Assembly: GCA_045611765.1 (NCBI GenBank)
Contig: JAZKXT010000004.1
Coordinates: 68,883 to 132,882 of the forward strand
Reading direction: 5' to 3'
Length of the DNA stretch: 64,000 nt
Origin: Clostridia bacterium
Lineage (GTDB): Bacteria; Bacillota; Clostridia; TANB77; CAG-465
Part shown: in pieces, positions 1 through 8,077 of the stretch
How positions within the stretch are numbered: position 1 is the stretch's first letter
How the letters are laid out: the number at the start of each line of letters is the position of its first letter
The notes under the pieces: generated by a model
Databases searched by the model: none
What the model was told of the DNA's origin: nothing
What the model saw: only the letters and a program-made list of their open reading frames with translations
Made by a program: the position numbers and the translations under genes

Positions 1-259
1 TATCGTAGTATCTAATTCTATAGCGGATACAAATATAAATATTGAAAAATTGTTCAATAAAAACTATTCTACTAAGAAAAATCCTTCTGGTTTTGGATTA
101 TATGAAGTTAGGAAATTCTTAAACAAGAGACCTCAAAGCTACATAGTAACAACTATAAATAAAGAAGATAAATTGTTTACACAAACTATTACTATTGATT
201 CAATTGCAAGTAAAACCAATGACGAAAATATCAATAAAATGCAAAGTACAGTGGCATAA
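1..259 (+). CDS. sensor histidine kinase, C-terminal GHKL ATPase fragment (5' end outside window); possibly agr/vir-type receptor kinase
   Basis: Frame 2 is open from position 2 to the stop at 257-259. G-box-like GFGLYEVRKF motif near the C-terminus. Converges on the agrBD cassette. Confidence 0.55.
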   Translation, partial: IVVSNSIADTNINIEKLFNKNYSTKKNPSGFGLYEVRKFLNKRPQSYIVTTINKEDKLFTQTITIDSIASKTNDENINKMQSTVA

Positions 260-278
260 GTCACTGTACTTTCTTTTG
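244..278 (+). terminator. hairpin (AGTACAGTG / CACTGTACT) spanning the kinase stop codon, followed by a T-rich tract
   Basis: 9-bp stem seen directly, then TTCTTTTGG. Confidence 0.4.
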
Positions 279-349
279 GCTGGAAATTAATTTTAATATA
301 TTAATTTTTCCTTTAGCGTATATTTACGCAATATATTATTAATCTTTAA

Positions 350-460
350 TTATTTTATTAAGCTTGTTGGAGCTTTTGGCGCGTGAAAGAACCATAAAGC
401 TGAAGATGTTGTAGTAGATTTAGCGTATGCTTCTACTATTTTTGCTATTAATTTTTTCAT
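350..460 (-). CDS. agrD: AgrD-like autoinducing-peptide precursor (36 aa: MKKLIAKIVEAYAKSTTTSSALWFFHAPKAPTSLIK)
   Basis: ATG at 460 with GGAGG RBS 8 nt upstream. Sits immediately downstream of agrB. Resembles clostridial AgrD (TSACLWFTHQPEEPKSL type) but has Ala where the ring-forming Cys is expected. The ORF track merged it into a longer 69-aa reading frame. Confidence 0.55.
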   Translation of the reverse strand: MKKLIAKIVEAYAKSTTTSSALWFFHAPKAPTSLIK

Positions 461-521
461 ATATTTTTCCTCCTTGTTTAAAATATTTATTAAAAGTATC
501 TCCATGGCCGATACCGTTAAC

Positions 522-1139
522 CTAAAGCAATATGTCAGATATATATGTTTCATAACCATATTGTGTCCTAAACAAATTGTACAGTGTTCTTGTTGTCATG
601 ATTCCTGTTAAAAATACTGTATATATTATAAGATTCTGTAGTATACTATCGTTTATTAAGAATATGCTAATTATATAAATTATGTTTAACATTATAATCG
701 CTTTAACCTTTAACGTCTTCCTTATTTTCATATTAACTTTTGGAATCTCTGGAACATCAGCAGGAACATAAACAAAAATAGTATATAACGAAAATATATA
801 AACTATTAGATAAATTCCATATTTAGTAATACCACTAAATATTAGCAGCTTTGATGCATATGTAATCACTAAATAAAAAACCGCCGAACAGATAAAGCAT
901 CCCCAGTTTGTTTTGGCATGAACTCCACCAGTTATTGTTTTATATAACATTATAACTACTGTTATAATCAATATTTCTTTAACTATATCTAAAAGCAACG
1001 CTATTACTATAATTCCTAGAATTTTTGGTATATCCTCTACTATTCTAGTTATTCCAAATAATAAAATTTCTCGCTCTTCATCGCTTTGGTTATTACTAGA
1101 TATTAAATCTAAAAATTTACAACATATACTATTAATCAA
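522..1139 (-). CDS. agrB: accessory gene regulator B (AgrD-processing membrane peptidase)
   Basis: About 205 aa polytopic membrane protein with the TGGVHAKT motif typical of AgrB. Located directly upstream of the agrD-like ORF. Confidence 0.75.
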   Translation of the reverse strand: MINSICCKFLDLISSNNQSDEEREILLFGITRIVEDIPKILGIIVIALLLDIVKEILIITVVIMLYKTITGGVHAKTNWGCFICSAVFYLVITYASKLLIFSGITKYGIYLIVYIFSLYTIFVYVPADVPEIPKVNMKIRKTLKVKAIIMLNIIYIISIFLINDSILQNLIIYTVFLTGIMTTRTLYNLFRTQYGYETYISDILL

Positions 1140-1326
1140 TTATTCTGTACCTCTGTATATATTTTATATTAATTTTCACCATAAAATATTAAATTGCTAC
1201 AAAAGATTAAAATTATCCTATGAAAATATCCGAATAATTCTTGTGTAAATAAACATATATTTCACACAAGATTTAAACATTTCACTATGTGTTTTCTAAT
1301 TTTTCCCTAGATGCGATAATTGCATA

Positions 1327-1366
1327 AAATTAGACCACTAGTCTATATATACTAGTGGTCTAATTT
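1327..1366. terminator. perfect inverted repeat with 16-bp arms (AAATTAGACCACTAGT ... ACTAGTGGTCTAATTT), loop CTATATAT; probable bidirectional terminator or operator
   Basis: Seen directly. Lies 12 nt downstream of the carD-like stop on the minus strand, between the carD-like and agrB genes. Confidence 0.45.
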
Positions 1367-1377
1367 ATTATATAATT

Positions 1378-1893
1378 CTAAGCTAATTCAACTGTACCTA
1401 AATCATATGAGAATTTGATTTTCTCTTCTATTTCTTTATCTACCGCCATGTGGTCCATGCCTTGTGCAAGCATAAGTTCGCTTATTAATATTTCCTTTGC
1501 TGAAGAAAGCATTTTCTTTTCAGCTGTAGAAAGTCCTCTTTCCATGTGTCTATGTGATAGGTCTCTTACAACATCTGCTACTTCTAATATATCTCCTGTT
1601 TTTATTTTATCTACATTAGATTTATATCTTCTACTCCAGTTGTTTTCATAAATATATTCTGCCTTTGGCTTTTCTAAAACCGCAAATACACTTGGCGCTA
1701 CAGAAGCATTTGACACTTCTCTTACACCTATATCTGTTGCCGTTTCAGTTGGAACCATAAGTTTCATATCTCCAACTGGCATTTTTATTATATAATATTC
1801 TGCTGTATCCCCAAACATTTCTTTTTCTTCTATTGACTCTATTGTACCTGCTCCATGCATAGGATACACTACTTTATCTCCAATACTAAACAT
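1378..1893 (-). CDS. CarD/CdnL-family transcriptional regulator (RNA-polymerase-interacting domain)
   Basis: MFSIGDKVVYPMHGAGTIESIEEKE N-terminus is the typical CarD_CdnL_TRCF domain. Confidence 0.7.
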   Translation of the reverse strand: MFSIGDKVVYPMHGAGTIESIEEKEMFGDTAEYYIIKMPVGDMKLMVPTETATDIGVREVSNASVAPSVFAVLEKPKAEYIYENNWSRRYKSNVDKIKTGDILEVADVVRDLSHRHMERGLSTAEKKMLSSAKEILISELMLAQGMDHMAVDKEIEEKIKFSYDLGTVELA

Positions 1894-2039
1894 ACTTGTC
1901 CCTCACTTTCTGCTTCTTTCATCCGATACAGTTATATTATAACATTTTAAATAAAAAAAGTAAAGGATTTTGAGAAAATTTAAAGTTAAAAGAATAGGCG
2001 TGTTACTGTTCACACGCCTATTTACCCGATTTCAAGCCG

Positions 2040-3392
2040 CTATCCATTTGTTACCAAATCTTTGATATTATTCACTTTAACTAGTTTCACCTCTTGTGGT
2101 ATTTCAAGCTTTTCCAAGCCATATCTAGTTGTATATATAGTTTTATATCCTAATTTTATAGCCTCTTTAATCCTCTTTTCAATATTTACTACTCGCCTAA
2201 TCTCTCCTGTTAATGCAAGTTCGCCAATAAATACAGAATCATTATTTAAAGCCTTCCCTTTATAACTAGATATAATCGCCATTGCAACAGCTAAATCAGC
2301 TGCAGGTTCTGTTATTTTTATTCCGCCAACAACATTGATATATACATCTTGTGTACCCAAACTTATCCCACAAACTTTTTCAATTACCGCTAACAAAAGA
2401 TTAAGTCTGTTTACATCAATTCCCGTTGTAACTCTTCTTGGAATATTGTAATATGAATGAGTTGTTAATGCTTGTAGCTCGAGTAATAGTGTTGATGTTC
2501 CTTCCAATATAGCCGTTGTGACTGTTCCCGGTTGATTCTTTTCTCTTGTTAAAAACATATCCGACATATTTGTAACTTCAACCATTCCTTTTTCAGCCAT
2601 TTCAAATATTCCTATTTCGTTAGTAGAACCAAATCTATTCTTTACCCCTCTAACAATTCTATGAGATATAAAGCGTTCGCCCTCAATATATAGCACAACA
2701 TCTACCATATGTTCTAAAAGTCTTGGACCAGCTATAATACCATCTTTTGTTACATGTCCTATAACAATCGTAATTATTCCAAGCTTCTTAGAGATATTCA
2801 TAAGGCGCGCTGTAACTTCCCTTACCTGAGATACACTTCCTGGCACAGAAGAAATAGACTCGTCATACATTGTCTGAATAGAATCTATAATACAAACTCT
2901 AGGTTTGTTTTCCGTTATTTTAGCTTCAATCTCATCTATATCCGTTTCACCATAAAAATATATCTTATCATTATCTATTCCTAGTCTATCCGCTCTAAGC
3001 TTTACTTGAAGTTCTGACTCTTCTCCTGAAACATATAGCACATCTCCGTGCGCAGTTAGCTTATCCGAAATTTGTAAAACCAACGTAGATTTTCCTATAC
3101 CAGGTTCGCCACCTAAAAGTATCAAAGAACCATCAACAATTCCTCCGCCTAATACTCTGTCCAGTTCACTAAATCCACTCGTGAAACGTTCCTTCTTTAC
3201 TATTTGTATATCTTTCAGTTTTTTCATTTCACTCTTTGGAATATTAGATACTACTTTTTTTCCTTGTGCTTTTTCTTTAATCTTTTCTTCTACAAATGTG
3301 TTCCACTGATTACAGCCAGGACATTTACCTAACCACTTAGCTGACTCATATCCACATTCTTTACAAAAGAATACTACTTTTTCTTTTCCCAT
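2040..3392 (-). CDS. radA: DNA repair protein RadA/Sms
   Basis: N-terminal C4 zinc ribbon (CKECGY...CPGC), Walker A GEPGIGKST, Lon-like C-terminal domain; 450 aa. Confidence 0.9.
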   Translation of the reverse strand: MGKEKVVFFCKECGYESAKWLGKCPGCNQWNTFVEEKIKEKAQGKKVVSNIPKSEMKKLKDIQIVKKERFTSGFSELDRVLGGGIVDGSLILLGGEPGIGKSTLVLQISDKLTAHGDVLYVSGEESELQVKLRADRLGIDNDKIYFYGETDIDEIEAKITENKPRVCIIDSIQTMYDESISSVPGSVSQVREVTARLMNISKKLGIITIVIGHVTKDGIIAGPRLLEHMVDVVLYIEGERFISHRIVRGVKNRFGSTNEIGIFEMAEKGMVEVTNMSDMFLTREKNQPGTVTTAILEGTSTLLLELQALTTHSYYNIPRRVTTGIDVNRLNLLLAVIEKVCGISLGTQDVYINVVGGIKITEPAADLAVAMAIISSYKGKALNNDSVFIGELALTGEIRRVVNIEKRIKEAIKLGYKTIYTTRYGLEKLEIPQEVKLVKVNNIKDLVTNG

Positions 3393-3425
3393 ACATGTTC
3401 CTTTCTACTTCTATTTCTACGTTTA

Positions 3426-4373
3426 TTACAACATATCTTTTTTATTTAGCCACATGGCAACTATTATTGTTATAATTGCTGTTATTCCTAACACGCCATA
3501 AAAACCATACACTCCTGTGTTAAATGGGAACTCTACATTCATGCCCATTATTGAGGCGATTAATGTTGGTATAGATATTATAAGAGTAATAGATGTTAAT
3601 AGTTTCATCACGTTATTTAAATTATTTGATACAACTGTTCCAAATATGTCCGTCATTCCATTTAATATTTCAGAATAAGTTGCTGCCATTTCCATAGCTT
3701 GTCTATTCTCTATAACTGCATCTTCGAGAATGTCTTCATCCTCTTCATATAGTTTTATAAATTTACCACGTCTTAATCTTTCCATAACCGCCTGGTTTGT
3801 TTTAAGTGCTGTGTTAAAGAATATCATAGACTTTTGGTAGTTTATAAGTTTAAGTAATTCTTGATTACTCATAGTTTTGGTTATATTATCTTCAAACACT
3901 TCCACATCTCTGCTAATATATGTTAAGTATTTTAAAAATTCTACTGAAGTTATATATATCAACTGAAATGCTAGTCTAGATTTTTTATACGTAGCAATCT
4001 CGCCTACTATCGTTTTCTTTCTGCTTAACATATCTATTAAAGAAAACTTTTCTGAGGATATAGTTATTATATAATCATCTCTAACTACAAGAATACCTAA
4101 AGGCATCGTTGTATATACCTTACCTCTTTTATTCTTTTCTGTAATAGGCATGTTAATAGATATGAGTACTTGGTCCTCTTCTGTATCTATGTGTGATGTT
4201 TCCTCTTCGTCTAGAGCATACTTTAAAAGCGTCTCATCTACTCCAGTTTCTTTTATGACATAAGCCATTTCTTTTTCTGTTGGCTTTACCAGATCTATCC
4301 AACAACCTTTTTCAATTCCTTCTAACTCTTTTAAATTTTTATCTTGTTCTGTATTTTTTAATATTTTTATCAT
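3426..4373 (-). CDS. CorA-family Mg2+/Co2+ transporter
   Basis: C-terminal two TM helices with the GMN signature (IMGMNVEFP); 315 aa. Confidence 0.8.
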   Translation of the reverse strand: MIKILKNTEQDKNLKELEGIEKGCWIDLVKPTEKEMAYVIKETGVDETLLKYALDEEETSHIDTEEDQVLISINMPITEKNKRGKVYTTMPLGILVVRDDYIITISSEKFSLIDMLSRKKTIVGEIATYKKSRLAFQLIYITSVEFLKYLTYISRDVEVFEDNITKTMSNQELLKLINYQKSMIFFNTALKTNQAVMERLRRGKFIKLYEEDEDILEDAVIENRQAMEMAATYSEILNGMTDIFGTVVSNNLNNVMKLLTSITLIISIPTLIASIMGMNVEFPFNTGVYGFYGVLGITAIITIIVAMWLNKKDML

Positions 4374-4466
4374 ATGCTCACCCCTATACTTTCTTAAATT
4401 ATATTATTACAGCAACGCTTGTATGTCAAGAAACCAGAGGCAATTTACTATGCATTTGTTATATAA

Positions 4467-4495
4467 TTGCATTAACCCACACTTTATGTTATAAT
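4467..4495 (+). promoter_or_regulatory. sigma-A-type promoter TTGCAT-17-TATAAT
   Basis: Hexamers and 17-nt spacer seen directly, about 50 nt upstream of the 4548 ORF. Confidence 0.5.
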
Positions 4496-4547
4496 ACTTA
4501 TGTAATCTTAAGAAACTCTAAAATAATTATTTAAAGGAGTAAGTAAT

Positions 4548-4781
4548 ATGGTAGATTTGAAGTTTAGTTATACTCACTCATCCGGTGGTCCTGTTGTCGA
4601 AGAACACGATACAATCATGCACTTCACAGATGGTGTTGAAAGCGGCGTTTATCCTCCTAAAACTTTATGTTGTGGCCCTGTAAATGTTAGATTTTTTGAA
4701 AATCCTCTTCTTGATAAACAGTTTGCAACAGTTCAAGATTTATACAATCACTGCTCTGCCATTATGCGAGGACACAAATAG
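4548..4781 (+). CDS. hypothetical small protein (77 aa, Cys-containing)
   Basis: Strong RBS AAAGGAGT 8 nt upstream of ATG. Own promoter and terminator. Locally higher GC. Confidence 0.5.
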   Translation: MVDLKFSYTHSSGGPVVEEHDTIMHFTDGVESGVYPPKTLCCGPVNVRFFENPLLDKQFATVQDLYNHCSAIMRGHK

Positions 4782-4783
4782 AA

Positions 4784-4812
4784 AATAGCGAACTTAATTG
4801 TTCGCTATTTTA
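4784..4812. terminator. rho-independent terminator (ATAGCGAAC-ttaatt-GTTCGCTAT + TTT), shared by convergent genes
   Basis: 9-bp stem plus T-run seen directly, between convergent ORFs. Confidence 0.65.
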
Positions 4813-4817
4813 CTATA

Positions 4818-5474
4818 TTACTCTCTTTTAAAAAGATCTTTAGACACTCCACATACCGGACATTGTTCCGGTGGATTATCTCCATAATGAACATAACCGC
4901 ATATTGAACATATCCATTTTGTTTTACTTTGTTCTATATTTTCTTCAGTAGTATTCTCATTTTTAGCTTTAAATTCATCTGTATTAATTAAATTTTCAAT
5001 TTCACTCGCTACTTGTTCTGCTTTATCTAAATCAAGTTCGCCCATATCTTTTATTTCCATACCAGTTAATTCGCTAAACTTTTTAAGTAAAGCTCTTTCT
5101 TCCGGAAATAAAGTATCCATTCTCAACTGTCCATTAACAAAAAATTTATTAAATGTTTTTGATGAGGTGTTTCTGTATATTTCATCTGCTACTATTGGAA
5201 ATTCTTTTTCAGAAAACAATCCTTCGCCAACCAAAATTACATTTTTAGTTTTTAATTGTTCTTTTACTCTATTTAAATATAACTTAGTTAATTGTGCCGT
5301 ATAAGGTCCCCTAAAATTAAATACTAATATTATATTGTCTATATCATTTAAATTTTCAGCTTCAAATGGAGTATCTACATTAATACATTTGCAGTTCAAT
5401 TGGTTAGAAATTACTTGTGCAACTTTTTTAGCACTACCATGAAAAGTTTCATATGTTACTATAGTGTTATTCAT
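4818..5474 (-). CDS. flavodoxin-like domain protein with C-terminal rubredoxin-type zinc ribbon
   Basis: C-terminal CSICGY...CPVCG (CxxC-x13-CxxC rubredoxin-like knuckles). The N-terminal flavodoxin-fold call is weak. Confidence 0.45.
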   Translation of the reverse strand: MNNTIVTYETFHGSAKKVAQVISNQLNCKCINVDTPFEAENLNDIDNIILVFNFRGPYTAQLTKLYLNRVKEQLKTKNVILVGEGLFSEKEFPIVADEIYRNTSSKTFNKFFVNGQLRMDTLFPEERALLKKFSELTGMEIKDMGELDLDKAEQVASEIENLINTDEFKAKNENTTEENIEQSKTKWICSICGYVHYGDNPPEQCPVCGVSKDLFKRE

Positions 5475-5509
5475 ATATTATTTCTCCTTATTAAATATTA
5501 TTTTTACCT

Positions 5510-6364
5510 TTATTTTTGATCTTCAGGTGCGTTATCACAAGGAAGCTCTAATAGTTCTGGATTTAATATATATCTTCTAAATACAGATAACGCTTTGGCA
5601 TAATAGTAACCATCACAAATTCTTTCATCCATAACAAATCTAAATGTCATATACTTTTCAGTTTCACCAGTTTTGTAATTTTTAACTCTTTCTTTTCTTC
5701 CACCCATAGCAAGGAATCCGCTTGTTGTTCCAAAATTATATATGTGATGATAAATTGAATCAATACCTATTGAACCAAGATTTGTTAAGAATATACTCGT
5801 ATGGAAGGGCGAGGCTTCTATAACTGCTTTAGGTAATAAACCATGATTATCCAAAAATATCACCAAATTAATTATACATTTTATTAACCAGTTTGGGAAA
5901 CTCATTATAAACGCTGCAAGTTTGTCTGTTGCGTTTTCCTCTGTTGCCTCTTTGTTTTTTGCAACTTCTTCATGTACATTCTTAGCTATATCTATAATTG
6001 TATCTTCCGGTTTTATTTTAAATTTTACCGTAGTATCTACATAATCTTGTTCACTTAATTTTTTTACTACAGCAAGCGAAATACACACTTCATTTCTTGC
6101 AAATATTCTTCTATTCATTATAAAGCGATTAAGACGTGGTTTTTCAATAACAGTTCTTGCTATTGCTGCTAAGACTACATCCATGTGTGTGATTTTAATT
6201 CCTTGTTCTCTTTTCCTTTTTATATATTCTTCTAGCCTATCTACAGATATTTCATCTTCAAAATATACTTGAGCATCTACTCTTTGCTTCATTATATACG
6301 GTATTATTTTATAATAGGGTTTCAAACTTTTTATTCTTCTTCCATCAGCTCTTTTTCCAAACAT
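5510..6364 (-). CDS. CAT-fold acyltransferase (2-oxoacid dehydrogenase E2 catalytic-domain family), catalytic His apparently replaced
   Basis: DERICDG aligns with the DHRxxDG active-site motif of E2/CAT acyltransferases (His to Glu). Standalone, no lipoyl domain. Confidence 0.4.
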   Translation of the reverse strand: MFGKRADGRRIKSLKPYYKIIPYIMKQRVDAQVYFEDEISVDRLEEYIKRKREQGIKITHMDVVLAAIARTVIEKPRLNRFIMNRRIFARNEVCISLAVVKKLSEQDYVDTTVKFKIKPEDTIIDIAKNVHEEVAKNKEATEENATDKLAAFIMSFPNWLIKCIINLVIFLDNHGLLPKAVIEASPFHTSIFLTNLGSIGIDSIYHHIYNFGTTSGFLAMGGRKERVKNYKTGETEKYMTFRFVMDERICDGYYYAKALSVFRRYILNPELLELPCDNAPEDQK

Positions 6365-6493
6365 TATAATTCACCTCTCATAATTTATTACATATTATCA
6401 TATAATGTCGAATTTTGCAAATCTTTGTTATTTATAGCTCTACTAATATTACTATAAATTAGATGGCAAATTGTTTTCGTGATGAAACACAGC

Positions 6494-6541
6494 CATGAAA
6501 AAGTGGCACAGCAACACCATGAAGAAGTGGCACAGGAACAT
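6494..6541 (+). repeat. 2 x 24-nt tandem direct repeat (CATGAARAAGTGGCACAGSAACAY) abutting a -35 box
   Basis: Seen directly: copies at 6494-6517 and 6518-6541, 21/24 identical. Confidence 0.6.
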
Positions 6542-6546
6542 TTCCG

Positions 6547-6575
6547 TTGACATAATTTTAATGCTATGGTATAAT
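6547..6575 (+). promoter_or_regulatory. consensus sigma-A promoter TTGACA-17-TATAAT
   Basis: Perfect hexamers with a 17-nt spacer. Followed by an about 85-nt leader containing a 9-bp-arm palindrome CAGTTTGCA-T-TGCAAACTG (6624-6642). Confidence 0.6.
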
Positions 6576-6662
6576 ATTTGTAGGTAAGTTTAAACATAGA
6601 TAAAGATAAATCTTTGTCCACGCCAGTTTGCATTGCAAACTGAGAGAGAAAAAGGAGTTTTT

Positions 6663-7124
6663 ATGAAAACAAATACACCTAAACACAACATCATTGCAAA
6701 AGATGCCTTTTTGGCTGCCGAGCATAAACTAATTGCAGAATGCAATATCGAGCGCGGCGAAACTGCTACTTCTCAAATTGCTTCCGGCATCAAGTATAGC
6801 ATATTGCTTCGCTGCTTTGATAAGAAACAAGTCTCAAGCGTCTGTATCGGCTTGTACAATCTCAAAGACAAAATTGATTCAAACAATTTGCCCGAGATTG
6901 TAAAAATTCTTTGGTTGGACGGATTTGATGTTAAGTTTGAGTTGCGCAGCGTGAAAATCAGCGAGGGCCTCAAGATTTTTGGCATCAACTTTGTCAAACC
7001 CGATCAATTTGAGCAATGGAATATGATTGTAACACCTGTCTCCCAAACTCCACGTGATGACGCAGACTACGTTCCTATCCAAATACCCAACAATCTTGAA
7101 TACACACGTTATCACAACGACTAA
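6663..7124 (+). CDS. hypothetical protein (153 aa) in a locally GC-rich (about 42-45%) islet
   Basis: RBS AAAGGAG 7 nt upstream of ATG at 6663; the upstream in-frame ATG at 6633 lacks an RBS. Flanked by its own promoter and terminator. Compositionally foreign. Confidence 0.55.
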   Translation: MKTNTPKHNIIAKDAFLAAEHKLIAECNIERGETATSQIASGIKYSILLRCFDKKQVSSVCIGLYNLKDKIDSNNLPEIVKILWLDGFDVKFELRSVKISEGLKIFGINFVKPDQFEQWNMIVTPVSQTPRDDADYVPIQIPNNLEYTRYHND

Positions 7125-7142
7125 GAAAGTTTATAGCTTTCT

Positions 7143-7177
7143 CCCTCAACTTTTATTTGAGTTGGGGGTCTTTTTTA
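7143..7177 (+). terminator. rho-independent terminator (CCCTCAACT-ttattt-GAGTTGGGGG + TCTTTTTT)
   Basis: Seen directly. Confidence 0.7.
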
Positions 7178-7187
7178 TGCTAAAATA

Positions 7188-7222
7188 GATAGAAAAAGAA
7201 TCGAGACAAAAAGTTCGATTCT
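7188..7222 (-). terminator. terminator after tRNA-Thr (AGAATCGA-N9-TCGATTCT followed by U-run on the minus strand)
   Basis: Hairpin and A-run on the plus strand (T-run on minus) seen directly. Confidence 0.5.
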
Positions 7223-7231
7223 GACTAAAGT

Positions 7232-7307
7232 TGGAGCTAATAGGCGGAATCGAACCGCCGACCTACAGGTTACGAATCTGTTGCTCTACCTACTGAGCTA
7301 TATTAGC
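7232..7307 (-). tRNA. tRNA-Thr (anticodon CGT)
   Basis: Hand-folded cloverleaf: acceptor GCTAATA/TATTAGC, D-arm GCTC-AGTAGGTA-GAGC, anticodon loop TTCGTAA, T-loop TTCGATT, CCA encoded. One A-C mismatch in the anticodon stem. Confidence 0.7.
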
Positions 7308-7372
7308 GTATTGTGGTTGTTTCAAATGTAGCTATATTATATCATAAAGCTTGTAAATGTAAAGAAAATTGT

Positions 7373-7400
7373 TCAAAAAAATCACTTCTAATGAAGTGAC
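7373..7400 (-). terminator. terminator of the tRNA operon (GTCACTTC-atta-GAAGTGAT + U6)
   Basis: Seen directly, immediately 3' of tRNA-Gly on the minus strand. Confidence 0.55.
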
Positions 7401-7402
7401 GT

Positions 7403-7478
7403 TGGAGCGGGAAACGGGGCCCAAACCCGCGACCTTCGCGTTGGCAACGCGACGCTCTATCAACTGAGCTATTCCCGC
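7403..7478 (-). tRNA. tRNA-Gly (anticodon GCC) with non-canonical D-loop (AGTTGATA, A at position 19) and T-loop (TTTGGGC instead of TTCGAAT)
   Basis: Acceptor GCGGGAA/TTCCCGC, anticodon arm TCGCG-TTGCCAA-CGCGA, discriminator T, CCA encoded. The G19-C56 tertiary pair is replaced by the covarying A19-U56, and A58 is replaced by G. Confidence 0.6.
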
Positions 7479-7497
7479 AAATATCAATTTTTTTGCT

Positions 7498-7573
<76 letters not shown>

Positions 7574-7584
7574 AGATAAAAAAA

Positions 7585-7661
7585 TGGCGACCTGGATGGG
7601 ACTCGAACCCACGACCTCCGCCGTGACAGGGCGGCGTTCTAACCAACTGAACTACCAGGCC
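7585..7661 (-). tRNA. tRNA-Asp (anticodon GTC)
   Basis: GGCCTGGTAGTTCAGTTGGTTAGAAC...CTGTCAC...GGTTCGAGTCC...GCCA. Canonical. Confidence 0.85.
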
Positions 7662-7669
7662 AAAAAAAG

Positions 7670-7745
7670 TGGTGGGCACAATAGGGCTCGAACCTATGAC
7701 CCCCTGCTTGTAAGGCAGATGCTCTCCCAACTGAGCTATGCGCCC
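7670..7745 (-). tRNA. tRNA-Val (anticodon TAC)
   Basis: GGGCGCATAGCTCAGTTGGGAGAGC...CTTACAA...GGTTCGAGCC...CCA. Canonical. Confidence 0.85.
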
Positions 7746-7764
7746 ACTTCTGTTGACGAGTATT

Positions 7765-7793
7765 ATTATACAAAATTATTTTTGCTTTGTCAA
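7765..7793 (-). promoter_or_regulatory. consensus sigma-A promoter (TTGACA-17-TATAAT) driving the Val-Asp-Phe-Gly tRNA operon
   Basis: Reverse complement gives TTGACA, a 17-nt spacer and TATAAT, with the TSS about 12 nt before tRNA-Val. Confidence 0.6.
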
Positions 7794-7867
7794 CACATTT
7801 TTATATATTTTTTTAAAATTTTATCGACTTAGCATTTCAGCTTTCTATATTTAGCTTATAATCATGC

Positions 7868-8077
7868 TTAACGTATATATCCTTTAAATTTTGCGTACTC
7901 TTCATCTGTTCTCACAGAGCTTTTTAATTCATCTAGAAAGCCAAATTTATTTTTATACTCTAGCTCTTGTCTCAACTCATTATAGTTCGGTTCTATTTCA
8001 GGTTTCTTCTTTTCAAATAGCATTACTATCACCGCCACTATTCTATCACACCATAGTATTTTTGTAAATGCTTTCAT
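7868..8077 (-). CDS. hypothetical small protein (69 aa), overlapping the symporter 3' end by 32 nt
   Basis: ORF only; weak RBS. Confidence 0.25.
   Translation of the reverse strand: MKAFTKILWCDRIVAVIVMLFEKKKPEIEPNYNELRQELEYKNKFGFLDELKSSVRTDEEYAKFKGYIR

Noticed and set aside
6494-6541. TGGCAC-containing repeat as a sigma-54 (-24/-12) promoter
   Set aside because: There is no GC dinucleotide at the required 10-nt spacing after GG. A canonical sigma-A promoter follows instead.
6494-6541. CRISPR array
   Set aside because: There are only two adjacent repeat copies, no spacers and no cas genes.
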